DNA of 64,000 nucleotides from Dysgonamonadaceae bacterium (GTDB lineage: Bacteria > Bacteroidota > Bacteroidia > Bacteroidales > Azobacteroidaceae): contig JAISUN010000005.1 in assembly GCA_031272085.1 (NCBI GenBank), forward strand, positions 762 to 64,761, given 5' to 3'. Below the pieces are notes generated by a model. It was not told where the DNA came from and ran no database searches. It was given only the letters and a program-made list of their open reading frames with translations. The stretch's first letter is position 1. Each line of letters starts with the position of its first letter. Made by a program: the position numbers and the translations under genes. Shown here one piece after another: positions 37,243-47,202 of this stretch.

Positions 37243-38363
37243 AGCCTGTTTTGTAATTTTGGCAACATTGACGTTTTCCATGCCGTGAAATCGCCTGCAA
37301 TAATCCGGCGGCGGGCTTCTTTTACCAACCACAGATAGAAAGCGAGGTTGTGAATCGAGGCGATTTGCAATCCCAGAATTTCGCCGGTTTTGAAGAGATG
37401 GTGCAAAAACGCCTTTGTATGCGCCGGAGTGTAATATGCGCCCTCGTCGATTGGCGAGAAATCGTTTTCCCATTTCCGGTTTTTGATATTTATAATGCCT
37501 TCTGCTGTAAACAGTTGGCCGTTGCGTCCATTGCGGGTCGGCATAATGCAGTCGAACATATCCACGCCCCGCTCAATGCCTTCCAGCAGGTTGGCCGGAG
37601 TGCCGACGCCCATCAGGTAGCGGGGGCGGTCTTTTGGCAGGATTCCGTTGACGAGTTCAATCATTTCGTACATTTTTTCAACCGGCTCGCCTACAGCAAG
37701 TCCGCCGATAGCGTTTCCGTCTGCGCCTTTTGCCGCTATGTTTTCGGCGGCGCGGGTACGCAAATCGCGATAGACGCAGCCCTGAACAATAGGAAAAAGG
37801 CTTTGTTCGCAGCCATATTTCGGCTCGGTTTCGCGGAAGCGCGTCAGGCAGCGGTCGAGCCAGCGTTCGGTCAGTTCAAGCGAGCGACGGGCATAGTTGT
37901 AATCCGCGTCGCCGGGGGTACATTCGTCGAAAGCCATCATTATGTCGGCGCCTATACTTCGCTGAATATCAACGACTTTTTCAGGCGTAAACAAATGTTT
38001 CGAGCCGTCGATATGCGAACGGAACTCGGCTCCTTCTTCGTGCAGTTTGCGGTTTTCGGTCAGCGAAAAAACTTGAAATCCCCCGCTGTCGGTGAGGATT
38101 GGACGGTTCCATCCGTTGAAGCGGTGCAGGCCTCCGGCCTGTTCTAAAATTTCGGTTCCGGGACGAAGGTAGAGGTGGTAGGTATTTCCGAGGATTATCT
38201 GTGCGCCAATCTTGTCTTCCAACTCGTTGAAATGCACGGCCTTAACGGTTCCCTGCGTTCCGACGGGCATAAAAATCGGAGTTTCAATTTCGCCGTGAGC
38301 AGTCGTAATCAGGCCTGCCCGCGCATTTGAAAGTTTATCGGTATGTAGTAAATTGAATTTCAT
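37239..38363 (-). CDS. tgt: tRNA-guanine transglycosylase
   Basis: TPIFMPVGT, LGNTYHL, TDSGGFQVFSL, DMFDCIMPTRNGRNG. Confidence 0.97.
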   Translation of the reverse strand: MKFNLLHTDKLSNARAGLITTAHGEIETPIFMPVGTQGTVKAVHFNELEDKIGAQIILGNTYHLYLRPGTEILEQAGGLHRFNGWNRPILTDSGGFQVFSLTENRKLHEEGAEFRSHIDGSKHLFTPEKVVDIQRSIGADIMMAFDECTPGDADYNYARRSLELTERWLDRCLTRFRETEPKYGCEQSLFPIVQGCVYRDLRTRAAENIAAKGADGNAIGGLAVGEPVEKMYEMIELVNGILPKDRPRYLMGVGTPANLLEGIERGVDMFDCIMPTRNGRNGQLFTAEGIINIKNRKWENDFSPIDEGAYYTPAHTKAFLHHLFKTGEILGLQIASIHNLAFYLWLVKEARRRIIAGDFTAWKTSMLPKLQNRL

Positions 38364-38408
38364 TTGAGGGGCAAAGATAATATATTTTTGTTTAACGGCA
38401 AAACAGGC

Positions 38409-39083
38409 TTATTTTCCGCCCTCCGCAAAAGTGATAACATAATCATCTTTTACACAATACCTTATGGAAAATATTTCCCCGCGTTCCGTTCTGGTTTCCT
38501 TGGCCTCGAAACTGCCTTGTCCGGAAGCGTCGGGCTGAAACGGGAAAATATGTATTTGCGTCTGAAAATCAACGTTTTCCATATCCATAAGTTTGAAAAC
38601 CGTTTCCTTGGCCGACCAGTGCAGCAAAAGATGAACAAGTTCGTCGGTTTTGGAAATTGCGGCAAGTTCTTCCACGCTCATAAAGCGGCGCTTCACGTTG
38701 TGAATCCGCTCTGAAATCCGCTCTATATCAATGGCTACCGGACGTTCTGGATTCAGGATGACGGCCGCGTAACCCAAACCCGCCGCCTCATTCGCCTGCC
38801 TGCGCCGGTTTCCGGTATGGCTGATGCTGATATTGAAGGAATTGTCCGCCAAATGCGGCTTTCCGTTGGGCATATACAGGATTTCCCGTTCCCGTCCGCT
38901 GATTTCTTTCAGTAAAAGCCTGACAGTCAGCCATTCGCAGCGGCGTTTTTCCGTCATTTCCTCAATTTGCGGAAGATACAAATCTTTCATTTCCAATTCG
39001 GAAAGCAGAACGGATGAATTGCCCGCTATTCTGCAAACGCCTATAATTGAGTTATTTATCCTGATTTTCCTGACCGATTCCAT
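38409..39083 (-). CDS. 4'-phosphopantetheinyl transferase superfamily protein
   Basis: GKPHL, ISISHT, VAIDIE, WSAKETVFK. Confidence 0.85.
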   Translation of the reverse strand: MESVRKIRINNSIIGVCRIAGNSSVLLSELEMKDLYLPQIEEMTEKRRCEWLTVRLLLKEISGREREILYMPNGKPHLADNSFNISISHTGNRRRQANEAAGLGYAAVILNPERPVAIDIERISERIHNVKRRFMSVEELAAISKTDELVHLLLHWSAKETVFKLMDMENVDFQTQIHIFPFQPDASGQGSFEAKETRTERGEIFSIRYCVKDDYVITFAEGGK

Positions 39084-39702
39084 AAACTATTGATTTGTCT
39101 TCGAGTTTGTAGCCGATGGTTCCGAGGGCTAACAGGTCGCTCAAAATATTTTTTGCCGTATTTGAGTTGATTCTCGCTATTTTGCGGAACTGGTTTACCG
39201 TTACGAAATCATTTATTTCCAAATATTTAAGCAATTTTTCCACCGGTTTGCTCACTGTGAGGTGCGTTCCGTTGACGGCGGCCATTTTTGCCCATGCCAT
39301 ATCCAAAACGTCGGGCGCAAGGATATTTTCGTCGTCGATGCGGATATAGGTGCGGTAAACATCGTATTTATCGGGCGACTGATGCGGTTTTTGCGGACTT
39401 GGAGCAACTTTCGCTTCGAGTACGGTTTTTCCCTCGATATTCCACGTTCTGGCTTTGAACGGCACTTTCGGGCGGCAGTACATTTCCGACGCGGCTTCGA
39501 GCATATAATACTCTTCCTCGCTGCGGATGCCGGTTATGTGGCCGTTATCCTTCACGCCAATAAGCAGCGCTCCGCCATCGGAATTGGCAAAAGCCGAAAG
39601 CGTGCGGGCGATTTTTTTGCTGTCGCTAACCTCGAATTTGAAGTCCAAACGCTGGTGTTCGCCCTGCGCAATCAGTTCTGTTATGTATTCTTTTTTAGTC
39701 AT
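39052..39702 (-). CDS. AlbA_2 (Schlafen-like) domain protein with C-terminal wHTH
   Basis: GEHQRLDFK, SAFANSDGGALLIGVKDNG. Confidence 0.85.
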   Translation of the reverse strand: MTKKEYITELIAQGEHQRLDFKFEVSDSKKIARTLSAFANSDGGALLIGVKDNGHITGIRSEEEYYMLEAASEMYCRPKVPFKARTWNIEGKTVLEAKVAPSPQKPHQSPDKYDVYRTYIRIDDENILAPDVLDMAWAKMAAVNGTHLTVSKPVEKLLKYLEINDFVTVNQFRKIARINSNTAKNILSDLLALGTIGYKLEDKSIVYGIGQENQDK

Positions 39703-39773
39703 CAATTTGCCGTAAAGTTTGCAAAAGTAAAAAAAAATCGCTAAATTTGCAAAATAACGAAATTTTGAATACT

Positions 39774-40492
39774 ATGACTTTATCCGTTGAGTTCGTAATG
39801 CTCTTTTTATCAGTGCTTTTTCTTGTCAGCCTGTTTGTTACAAAGGGATGTTCCTCACGCTGGGGCTGTTGGTCAATCCGAAAGATTTGTTGCCGGTGGC
39901 TGTAATCGGCTTGATTATAGGCGCTTTTATGATTTTGGGAGCGCGTCCGCTGTCGGTTTTTATCACGCTTTTGCCATTTCCGAAGATGAAATCGCGCGAA
40001 AAACTTTTTGTTTCGTGGGTGGGATTACGGGGCGCAGTGCCGATAGTTTTCGCCATTTTGCCGCTCGTTGCCGGACTGGAACACGCTCATTTGATGTTCA
40101 ATATCGTGTTTTTCATAACGCTGCTTTCGCTGTTGGTGCAGGGTGCGGGGCTGACTACCGTCGGGCGTTGGCTCGGAATTGCAAAAAACAGCGAAGAACG
40201 CAGCGAGTTTCAGGATTTCGACGTGGAATTTTCGGAAGACGTGAAATCGACTATGACGGAAATCGCTCTGAATGAGGAAATTCTGAAACACGGCAGTCGG
40301 CTGATGAATCTTCCTTTGCCCGAACACACCCTTGCCGTAATGATTAAGCGCAACGGCAATTATATGATTCCGAAAGGCAATACCGAACTTTTGCCGGGCG
40401 ACAAACTCCTGATTATCACAAAAAATGAGGACGCCCTGCTCGAAACTTACAAAAAACTGAATATCAGCGACTACCGCTTGAAGCGGACTTGA
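39774..40492 (+). pseudogene. K+/H+ antiporter (CvrA/NhaP2-like) with a large out-of-frame internal deletion
   Basis: ATG 39774 encodes one TM helix (MTLSVEFVMLFLSVLFLVSLFVTK). The sequence then jumps in another frame to MFLTLGLLVNP...SWVGLRGAVPI and a TrkA-C domain. Confidence 0.8.
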
Positions 40493-40577
40493 ATATTGCT
40501 CCCGATTCGACGGTAAAAATTATTTTTTTTATTAAATTTTAATATTTTTCGTACCTTTGTACCCGTTTTTAAATAAA

Positions 40578-41810
40578 ATGTACAACACCTATTTTTATAT
40601 AATAATTGTAATTTATGTTGCCGCTTTCGTTTGGGGGCAGATTCTTGCATACCTGAACAGGAAACGGATGAGTCCGCTGATTCCCAAAGAGTTGGAAGGG
40701 ATTTACAATGCCGAAGAGTATGCCCGCCAGCAGGAATATCAGCGGACAAACAGCCGCTTCGGACTGATTTCGGGCGGTTTTTCGTTTATCGTTACGCTTG
40801 CGGCGCTGGTTTTCGGACTTTTTGGATGGCTCGACGAGTTTTTGCGTTCATACACCGAAAATTTTCTGCTTTTGCCATTGCTGTTTTTTGGTATAATATT
40901 CATTATCAGTGAGATAATAGATTTGCCTTTTGAGTGGTACGCCATTTTTAATATCGAGGAACGCTTCGGATTCAACAAATCGACGCCCCGGATTTTCTGG
41001 ACTGATTTTTTCAAGGGCATAATGCTGTCAGTCCTTATCGGAGGCCTCATTATCACTGCTATTTTGTATATTTACCACTACACGGAGCAGTGGTTCTGGC
41101 TGCTTGCGTGGGTAGTCGTTACCGCATTTTCGCTCGTGATGACCTTTTTTTATTCGGAGTGGATTGTGCCGCTGTTCAACAAGCAGAAACCGCTGGAAGA
41201 AGGCGAGTTGCGCACTGCGATTGAGGCATTTGCCGCAAAAGCCGGTTTTCAACTGAAAAATATTTACGTAATCGACGGCTCGAAACGCTCCACAAAAGCG
41301 AATGCCTATTTTACCGGCTTCGGACGGAAAAAGCGGATAGTCCTCTACGATACCTTGATGGATGAACTTGATACACACGAAATTGTGGCCGTACTCGCTC
41401 ACGAAACCGGACATTACAAGCGCCGGCACGTTATCTTGTCGATGATTATTTCCATTCTCGCAACCGGGATAACTTTTTTTATCCTGTCGCTTTTCCTTGG
41501 CAATCAGCAACTTGCCGAGGCTCTTGGCGGACGGACAGCCTCGTTTCATCTTGGAATTATCGGATTTTCAATGCTTTTCGCGCCCGTTTCCGAGATTACC
41601 GGCTTGGGAATGAACATATTGTCGCGGCGCAACGAATATCAGGCCGACGCTTTTGCAGCCGCATACGAACTTGGCAAACCGCTGATTTCGGCTCTGAAAA
41701 AAATATCGGTCAAGGCGTTGAGCAACCTCAATCCGCACCCTTTGGTCGTCTTCTGGCTGTATTCGCATCCTACGCTCTTGCAAAGGATTAGGGCGATTGA
41801 GAAGGAGTAA
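40578..41810 (+). CDS. M48 (Ste24/CAAX-like) membrane metallopeptidase
   Basis: DGSKRSTKANAYFTG, AHETGH zinc motif, EYQADAFA, YSHPTLLQRI. Confidence 0.92.
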   Translation: MYNTYFYIIIVIYVAAFVWGQILAYLNRKRMSPLIPKELEGIYNAEEYARQQEYQRTNSRFGLISGGFSFIVTLAALVFGLFGWLDEFLRSYTENFLLLPLLFFGIIFIISEIIDLPFEWYAIFNIEERFGFNKSTPRIFWTDFFKGIMLSVLIGGLIITAILYIYHYTEQWFWLLAWVVVTAFSLVMTFFYSEWIVPLFNKQKPLEEGELRTAIEAFAAKAGFQLKNIYVIDGSKRSTKANAYFTGFGRKKRIVLYDTLMDELDTHEIVAVLAHETGHYKRRHVILSMIISILATGITFFILSLFLGNQQLAEALGGRTASFHLGIIGFSMLFAPVSEITGLGMNILSRRNEYQADAFAAAYELGKPLISALKKISVKALSNLNPHPLVVFWLYSHPTLLQRIRAIEKE

Positions 41811-41839
41811 AAAATTTTTCAGATTTTTTTTCATTTTCT

Positions 41840-41869
41840 TTTGTATTTCAAAAAAAAACCGTAACTTTG
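41840..41869 (+). promoter_or_regulatory. Promoter of the rplM operon
   Basis: TTTG-N18-TAACTTTG. Confidence 0.75.
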
Positions 41870-41889
41870 CAGGCCGATTATTATTCAAA

Positions 41890-41993
41890 ATTGTGTAAGT
41901 GTTTGATTTATAGTTCTTTTATTCCAATATGCAAATAGTCGAAAGAGCGTAAGTCGGGCAAAAATTATTAATTAATAAAAATTTATAAACACA
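41890..41993 (+). promoter_or_regulatory. Structured 5' leader of rplM (candidate L13-Bacteroidia ribosomal leader)
   Basis: About 120-nt UTR with pairing TTTGATTTATAGTTCTTT / AAAGAGCGTAAGTCGGG. The position fits an r-protein leader; no covariance search was run. Confidence 0.45.
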
Positions 41994-42449
41994 GTGAATA
42001 CTTTAAGTTATAAAACCGTATCGCTCAACAAAAACACTGTTGAGAAAGAATGGGTTGTAGTGGACGCCGACGGGCAACATCTTGGCCGCCTCGCATCCAA
42101 AGTCGCCAAACTGTTGAGAGGAAAATACAAACCGGGATTTACCCCTCACGTCGATTGCGGCGATAATGTAATCGTCATCAACGCCGACAAGGTGGTTTTG
42201 ACAGGCAACAAATGGACAGACCGCACCTACCTTTCATACACCGGCTACCCCGGCGGACAGAGGGAAAAGTCGCCTGCCGATTTGATGAAAAAAGGCAGCG
42301 ACCGCCTGCTCCGGAAAGTTGTTAAGGGTATGTTGCCCAAAAACAAACTTGCAGACAAACTGCTCAACAACCTGCACGTTTACGACGGCGCCGAACACAA
42401 AAACGAAGCGCAGAAACCTAAAACGATTGATATAAATTTACTTAAATAA
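41994..42449 (+). CDS. rplM: 50S ribosomal protein L13
   Basis: GTG start; LGRLAS, TPHVDCGDNVIVINA, GYPGG. Confidence 0.98.
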   Translation: MNTLSYKTVSLNKNTVEKEWVVVDADGQHLGRLASKVAKLLRGKYKPGFTPHVDCGDNVIVINADKVVLTGNKWTDRTYLSYTGYPGGQREKSPADLMKKGSDRLLRKVVKGMLPKNKLADKLLNNLHVYDGAEHKNEAQKPKTIDINLLK

Positions 42450-42454
42450 AGATA

Positions 42455-42841
42455 ATGGAAGTAATTAACGCATTAGGAAGACGTAAAGCAGCCGTAGCGC
42501 GCGTTTACGTTAAAGAAGGAACCGGCAAAATCGTGATTAACAGCAAGGAATTTGAAGCATATTTTCCTTCGTCAATCCTCCAATATGTTGTAAAACAGCC
42601 GCTTAACAAACTTGGCGTAGCCGAACAGTACGACGTCAAAATCAACTTGCAAGGCGGAGGTTTCAAAGGACAATCGGAGGCAGCCCGTCTGGGAATCGCC
42701 CGCGCCCTGGTAAAAATCAATCCGGAATGTAAATCGGCGCTCCGCTCGGAAGGCTTTATGACCCGCGACCCGCGCGAAGTTGAACGCAAAAAACCCGGAC
42801 GTCCGAAAGCAAGAAAGAGATTCCAATTCTCGAAACGCTAA
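42455..42841 (+). CDS. rpsI: 30S ribosomal protein S9
   Basis: GRRKAAVARV, RDPREVERKKPG, FQFSKR. Confidence 0.98.
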   Translation: MEVINALGRRKAAVARVYVKEGTGKIVINSKEFEAYFPSSILQYVVKQPLNKLGVAEQYDVKINLQGGGFKGQSEAARLGIARALVKINPECKSALRSEGFMTRDPREVERKKPGRPKARKRFQFSKR

Positions 42842-42925
42842 TATTGGAATGGAAAATGAAAAATTGAAAATGAGAAAAAAGTTGTATTCATTCTCAATCC
42901 TCAATTCTACATTCTACATTAATAT
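42842..42925. repeat. Imperfect inverted array of heptamer units between rpsI and rpsB
   Basis: GAATGGA-AAATGAA-AAATTGA-AAATGAG faces TCATTC-TCAATCC-TCAATTC-TACATTC-TACATT, closed by ATATT/AATAT. Confidence 0.55.
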
Positions 42926-43021
42926 TTGTTTAGTATCTAAACCGGTGGGACTTGCCGCAAGGCAACTACCCGGCAGTTGATTTAACAAAAAGAAGGTAAA
43001 CAATTTTAACAAAAACAAAAA

Positions 43022-43870
43022 ATGTCAAGAGTAACATTTGAACAATTACTGGAAGCAGGTTCGCATTTCGGCCACTTGAAAAGAAAGTGGAACCCCGCGA
43101 TGGCTCCCTACATCTTTATGGAACGCAATGGTATCCATATCATTGACCTCCACAAAACGGTTGCAAAAGTCGATGAAGCAGCAGCCGCAATGAAACAAAT
43201 CGCAAAATCGGGGCGCAAAATCCTCTTTGTAGCCACGAAAAAACAGGCCAAACAAATCGTGTCCGATTTGGCAGTTTCAGTCGGAATGCCATACGTTACC
43301 GAACGCTGGCCGGGCGGAATGTTGACAAACTTCCCCACAATCCGCAAAGCAGTAAAGAAAATGACCACTATCGACAAGATGTCGAAAGACGGAACTTTCG
43401 ACCAACTCTCGAAGCGCGAAAAACTGCAAATCACCCGCCAAAGGGCAAAACTCGAAAAGAACCTCGGCTCTATTGCCGATATGGCACGCCTCCCGTCAGC
43501 CCTGTTCGTAGTGGACGTGATGAAGGAACACATCGCTGTTGCAGAGGCTAACCGTTTGAGCATACCGGTTTTCGCTATGGTCGATACCAATTCCGACCCC
43601 AACGAAGTTGATTTTGTAATCCCGGCTAACGACGACGCTACAAAATCAATCGAAGTAATTATGAAAGCCCTTTGCGAAGCGATAAACGAAGGCCTTGAAG
43701 AACGCAAGGTCGAAAAAATCGACACGCCCGAAGACAAGGACGAAGCCGCTCCCGCCCGCCGCGAACGCAGAGCGAGAACTAATACCGGCAAAAAGTCGAT
43801 TACCAAAGACGACGAAGCCGCTCTCAACGCCAATATAGCCAGCAAATTTGCAAAGGAAGAAGAAGATTAA
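43022..43870 (+). CDS. rpsB: 30S ribosomal protein S2
   Basis: [34 protein letters not shown]. Confidence 0.98.
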   Translation: MSRVTFEQLLEAGSHFGHLKRKWNPAMAPYIFMERNGIHIIDLHKTVAKVDEAAAAMKQIAKSGRKILFVATKKQAKQIVSDLAVSVGMPYVTERWPGGMLTNFPTIRKAVKKMTTIDKMSKDGTFDQLSKREKLQITRQRAKLEKNLGSIADMARLPSALFVVDVMKEHIAVAEANRLSIPVFAMVDTNSDPNEVDFVIPANDDATKSIEVIMKALCEAINEGLEERKVEKIDTPEDKDEAAPARRERRARTNTGKKSITKDDEAALNANIASKFAKEEED

Positions 43871-43891
43871 TATAAAAAACAAAATAAATAT

Positions 43892-44890
43892 ATGGCAGTA
43901 ACAATGGCAGACATCCAGCACTTGCGCAAAATGACCGGCGCAGGCATGATGGATTGCAAAAATGCACTGAACGAAGCAGAAGGCGATTTCGACAAAGCAA
44001 TAGAGATAATTCGCAAAAAAGGACAGGCAATAGCCGCAAAACGCAGCGACCGCGAAGCATCGGAAGGATGCGTACTCGCAGCCGCCAAAGACGGATTTGC
44101 AGCAATAGCAGCCGTAAAATGCGAAACCGACTTTGTGGCAAGAAATGCCGATTTTATCGCACTCACACAGTCAATCCTCGACAAGGCAATGGCTGAAAAG
44201 CCGGCTTCGCTCGACGCCTTAACAGCGCTGAAAATAAACGACCGCACAGTTGCAGAACTCGTAACCGAACGTTCCGGCGTAACAGGCGAAAAAATGGAAA
44301 TTTCCGATTACGTATTCGTAAACGGCGGTACAGTAACTTCTTACATACACCCCGGCAACAAATTGGCAACTATAGCCGCTTTTGCGGAAAAAGACGCCGA
44401 ATATGAAGCCGTACACGGCGTGGCAATGCACATCGCTGCAATGTCGCCCATAGCAATCGACGAATCAGGCATTCCGCAGGACGTAAAAGACCGCGAATTG
44501 GCTGTGGCCATCGAAAAGACAAAGGCCGAACTCGTTGAAAAAGAAGTAGAAGCAGCACTGCGGAAAGCAGGCATCAATCCGGCTCACGTCGATAGCGACG
44601 ACCATATCGAATCGAATCAGGCAAAAGGATGGATAACCGCTGAACAGGCCGCAAAAGCCCGCGAAATACGTAAAACCGTCGCAGAAGAAAAAGCCGCTTC
44701 GCTGCCCGAACAGAAAGTTCAGGCTATCGCAGCAGGCCGTATGGCAAAATTCTACAAAGAATATACTCTGCTCGAACAGAAATACGAAGGCGGAGGCGAC
44801 GATGCAGGCAAAATTACGGTAAAAGAGTTTCTTGCCAAGAAACACCTGACCGTAAGCGAGTTCAAACGTGTAAGTTTGAACGTAGAATAA
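43892..44890 (+). CDS. tsf: Elongation factor Ts (with the Bacteroidales-type insertion)
   Basis: LRKMTGAGMMDCK, CETDFVA, MHIAAMSP. Confidence 0.97.
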   Translation: MAVTMADIQHLRKMTGAGMMDCKNALNEAEGDFDKAIEIIRKKGQAIAAKRSDREASEGCVLAAAKDGFAAIAAVKCETDFVARNADFIALTQSILDKAMAEKPASLDALTALKINDRTVAELVTERSGVTGEKMEISDYVFVNGGTVTSYIHPGNKLATIAAFAEKDAEYEAVHGVAMHIAAMSPIAIDESGIPQDVKDRELAVAIEKTKAELVEKEVEAALRKAGINPAHVDSDDHIESNQAKGWITAEQAAKAREIRKTVAEEKAASLPEQKVQAIAAGRMAKFYKEYTLLEQKYEGGGDDAGKITVKEFLAKKHLTVSEFKRVSLNVE

Positions 44891-44920
44891 GATTTTTTTC
44901 TTTTCACAACTTTTTATGTT

Positions 44921-44950
44921 GGGGCTTTTCCTTCGGGATTAGCCCTTTTT
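44921..44950 (+). terminator. Intrinsic terminator after tsf
   Basis: GGGCT..TCC-TTCG-GGA..AGCCC followed by TTTTT. Confidence 0.8.
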
Positions 44951-45238
44951 ATGTATTAAAATGCCAAAATATTAATTTCTCAATAATTTCTATTTTCATT
45001 TTTTGAAATTGTCAGAAATTGTGTCGCCTTAATTTGAAGCCCTTTGAAATGTACTTTATTGAAATTTGGAATTGCGGTAATGCCAAATAATAATAAATTT
45101 AAAATGGAAAAATCTATCATTGCGCCAAAAAAAATGCAATTTCTCAATTTTAGTTTTAATTTAAATATTTATCTTTGTATCGTAAAAAAATCTGATAATT
45201 CACGAAAAAACAAATTTCAAATTCATACACAAAAAATT

Positions 45239-46228
45239 ATGGATAAACGACTGAACGAATTGCTGACGAGGAAGATTTTGACGAAAATCCCCAACAACAT
45301 CAAGCCGATAGATTATCTGATTGAGGTTTTGGGAATAGGCAAAGAATCTGTCTATCGCCGTATGAGGAGCGAGATTCCTTTTACATTTGAAGAGATTACC
45401 AAGATAGCCATAAATCTCGGATTATCAATCGATGAGATTATTGGCTGGAACAAGCGCGAAAGGGTGTTCTTCGACCTCAACACCAGTTCCTGCTCGCCTG
45501 CCGAGGACAGTTTTTCGTCGATTCTGGGCAATTATCAGAAATACTTAGACCTCGCCTGCGAAAGCCGTGATTTGGAAATTATGGTAACAGTCAATAAGAT
45601 TATTTCACTTTTTGCCATAATTTCGGATTCTGACACGATTTTCAAATTTTACTACTATCGCTGGTTGCAACAGGGAAATCGCGACATTCAGGATATGCCG
45701 CTGTCGGAAATCGCAGTTCCGAAGCATATTTTAGAGGCGAAAAAGGAAATCAAGGCGAAAATCGAACGGCTCGACAACGTTTCGGTCATTTTGGACAAAG
45801 ACGCAATTATCCATTCTGTCAGGGAAATCCAGTATTATTTCAACCGCAAGTTGATAACTAACGACGAAATCCAGATGTTGAAAACCGAATTGAAACTTTT
45901 TCTTGAATATTTTGAGCGCCTGATGCTCCGCGGCTACAATCTCAACGGCAAGGCTTACCATATTTACCTGTCGCTGCTTTCGGTCGCCTCAAACAGCATA
46001 TACTGCCGCTATGGAAGCAATTTTATATCGCACTACTGGATATACGAAACCAATTCCGTCGCAATAATGAGCATGGAAATGTGCCAGATGCACAAACGCT
46101 GGATTGACTCCCTTAAAAAGAGTTCGGTGCTGATTACCCAGTCCAACGAAATTTTGCAGGCCGCTTTCCTCTCGAAACAAAAAGAATATATCGAAAGTAT
46201 TACAAATGATTTATATTACTATGGATGA
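45239..46228 (+). CDS. HTH (BetR/XRE-like) protein of unknown function, paralog 1
   Basis: Start reassigned to MDKRLNELL, after -7 TATCTTTG at 45170. LGIGKESVYRRMRSEIPFTFEE...LSIDEI. Confidence 0.8.
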   Translation: MDKRLNELLTRKILTKIPNNIKPIDYLIEVLGIGKESVYRRMRSEIPFTFEEITKIAINLGLSIDEIIGWNKRERVFFDLNTSSCSPAEDSFSSILGNYQKYLDLACESRDLEIMVTVNKIISLFAIISDSDTIFKFYYYRWLQQGNRDIQDMPLSEIAVPKHILEAKKEIKAKIERLDNVSVILDKDAIIHSVREIQYYFNRKLITNDEIQMLKTELKLFLEYFERLMLRGYNLNGKAYHIYLSLLSVASNSIYCRYGSNFISHYWIYETNSVAIMSMEMCQMHKRWIDSLKKSSVLITQSNEILQAAFLSKQKEYIESITNDLYYYG

Positions 46229-47195
46229 ATTAAACAAAAGAATTGTTGAAAAAATTTTATCGAACATTCCATCTTATATCAAACCTATTTACTACTTGAT
46301 GGAAGTATTAGGAATCAGTAAAGAATCCGTTTACCGCCGAATCCGCGGCGAAATAGCCTTTTCTATTGAAGAACTTGTGAAGTTGTCGAGTGAATTACAG
46401 TTGTCGTTTGACGAGATAATCGGAAAATCGAACGAAACCAGAATTATGTTCGACCTCTCGCCCGACCTGCTCGAAAACCCGTCGAGAAGTTTCGTGAAAG
46501 CGATTCTTGAACGGGAAATCTGCTGCTGCGACTGGGACCACGTCGATTCGCTGATTGCTTCGAGCCGGATTCCCTTCATTTTCATGTCGCAGTTCGACTC
46601 CTTGGTAAAGTTTATTTACTACCGCTGGATGCACCTCAACAGCGAACACTCGCTCAATTATTACTTTTCCGACATCACTCTGCCGCAGGAAGTGGAAGAT
46701 ATGCGTGCCAAATTCGCAAAATGTCCCGAAAAGCATATCAAAATCAGTTATATCCTCGACTCCAATGTTTTCCTGTCTTTCCTCAACGAGGTAATTTATT
46801 ATTACCGCCGCAAACTGATTAAGCCGGAAGAACTTGCACAGATAAAGGAAGACCTCCTGAAAATGATAGAGGTGGTGGAAAAAGTGGTTCAAACAGGCAA
46901 ATTTACCGATACGGCCAAAATCTACATTTACCTGTCGTCAATCAAAATCGAAACTAACAGCAATTATATTCACTACGGCCGCCACGCGACTTCGTATTTC
47001 TACATCTACGCGATGGAGCCTATCGTAATCAAAAACCCGAATATTTGCGCTCTTCACAAGAAGCAACTCGAAAGCACCAAAAAATATGCTACGCTCATAA
47101 CGCTGTCGAACGAGATTCTTCAAGCCCGATATTTTAACGCCCAGCGCGAATATGTCGAGAATATGGAAAATATGGCGGTAAATCTCTCTATCTGA
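46221..47195 (+). CDS. HTH (BetR/XRE-like) protein of unknown function, paralog 2
   Basis: MDELNKRIV start overlaps the paralog 1 stop. LGISKESVYRRIRGEIAFSIEE. Confidence 0.8.
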   Translation: MDELNKRIVEKILSNIPSYIKPIYYLMEVLGISKESVYRRIRGEIAFSIEELVKLSSELQLSFDEIIGKSNETRIMFDLSPDLLENPSRSFVKAILEREICCCDWDHVDSLIASSRIPFIFMSQFDSLVKFIYYRWMHLNSEHSLNYYFSDITLPQEVEDMRAKFAKCPEKHIKISYILDSNVFLSFLNEVIYYYRRKLIKPEELAQIKEDLLKMIEVVEKVVQTGKFTDTAKIYIYLSSIKIETNSNYIHYGRHATSYFYIYAMEPIVIKNPNICALHKKQLESTKKYATLITLSNEILQARYFNAQREYVENMENMAVNLSI

Positions 47196-47202
47196 CGGGC
47201 GG

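Noticed and set aside
39052-39702. AlbA_2/Schlafen protein as an anti-phage system
   Set aside because: It has core-like composition, overlaps the PPTase gene in a housekeeping run toward tgt, and has no defence partners.
44500-44720. Extra segment in EF-Ts (KAGINPAHVDS...GWIT)
   Set aside because: I recognise it as the usual Bacteroidales EF-Ts insertion; it has no intein features.
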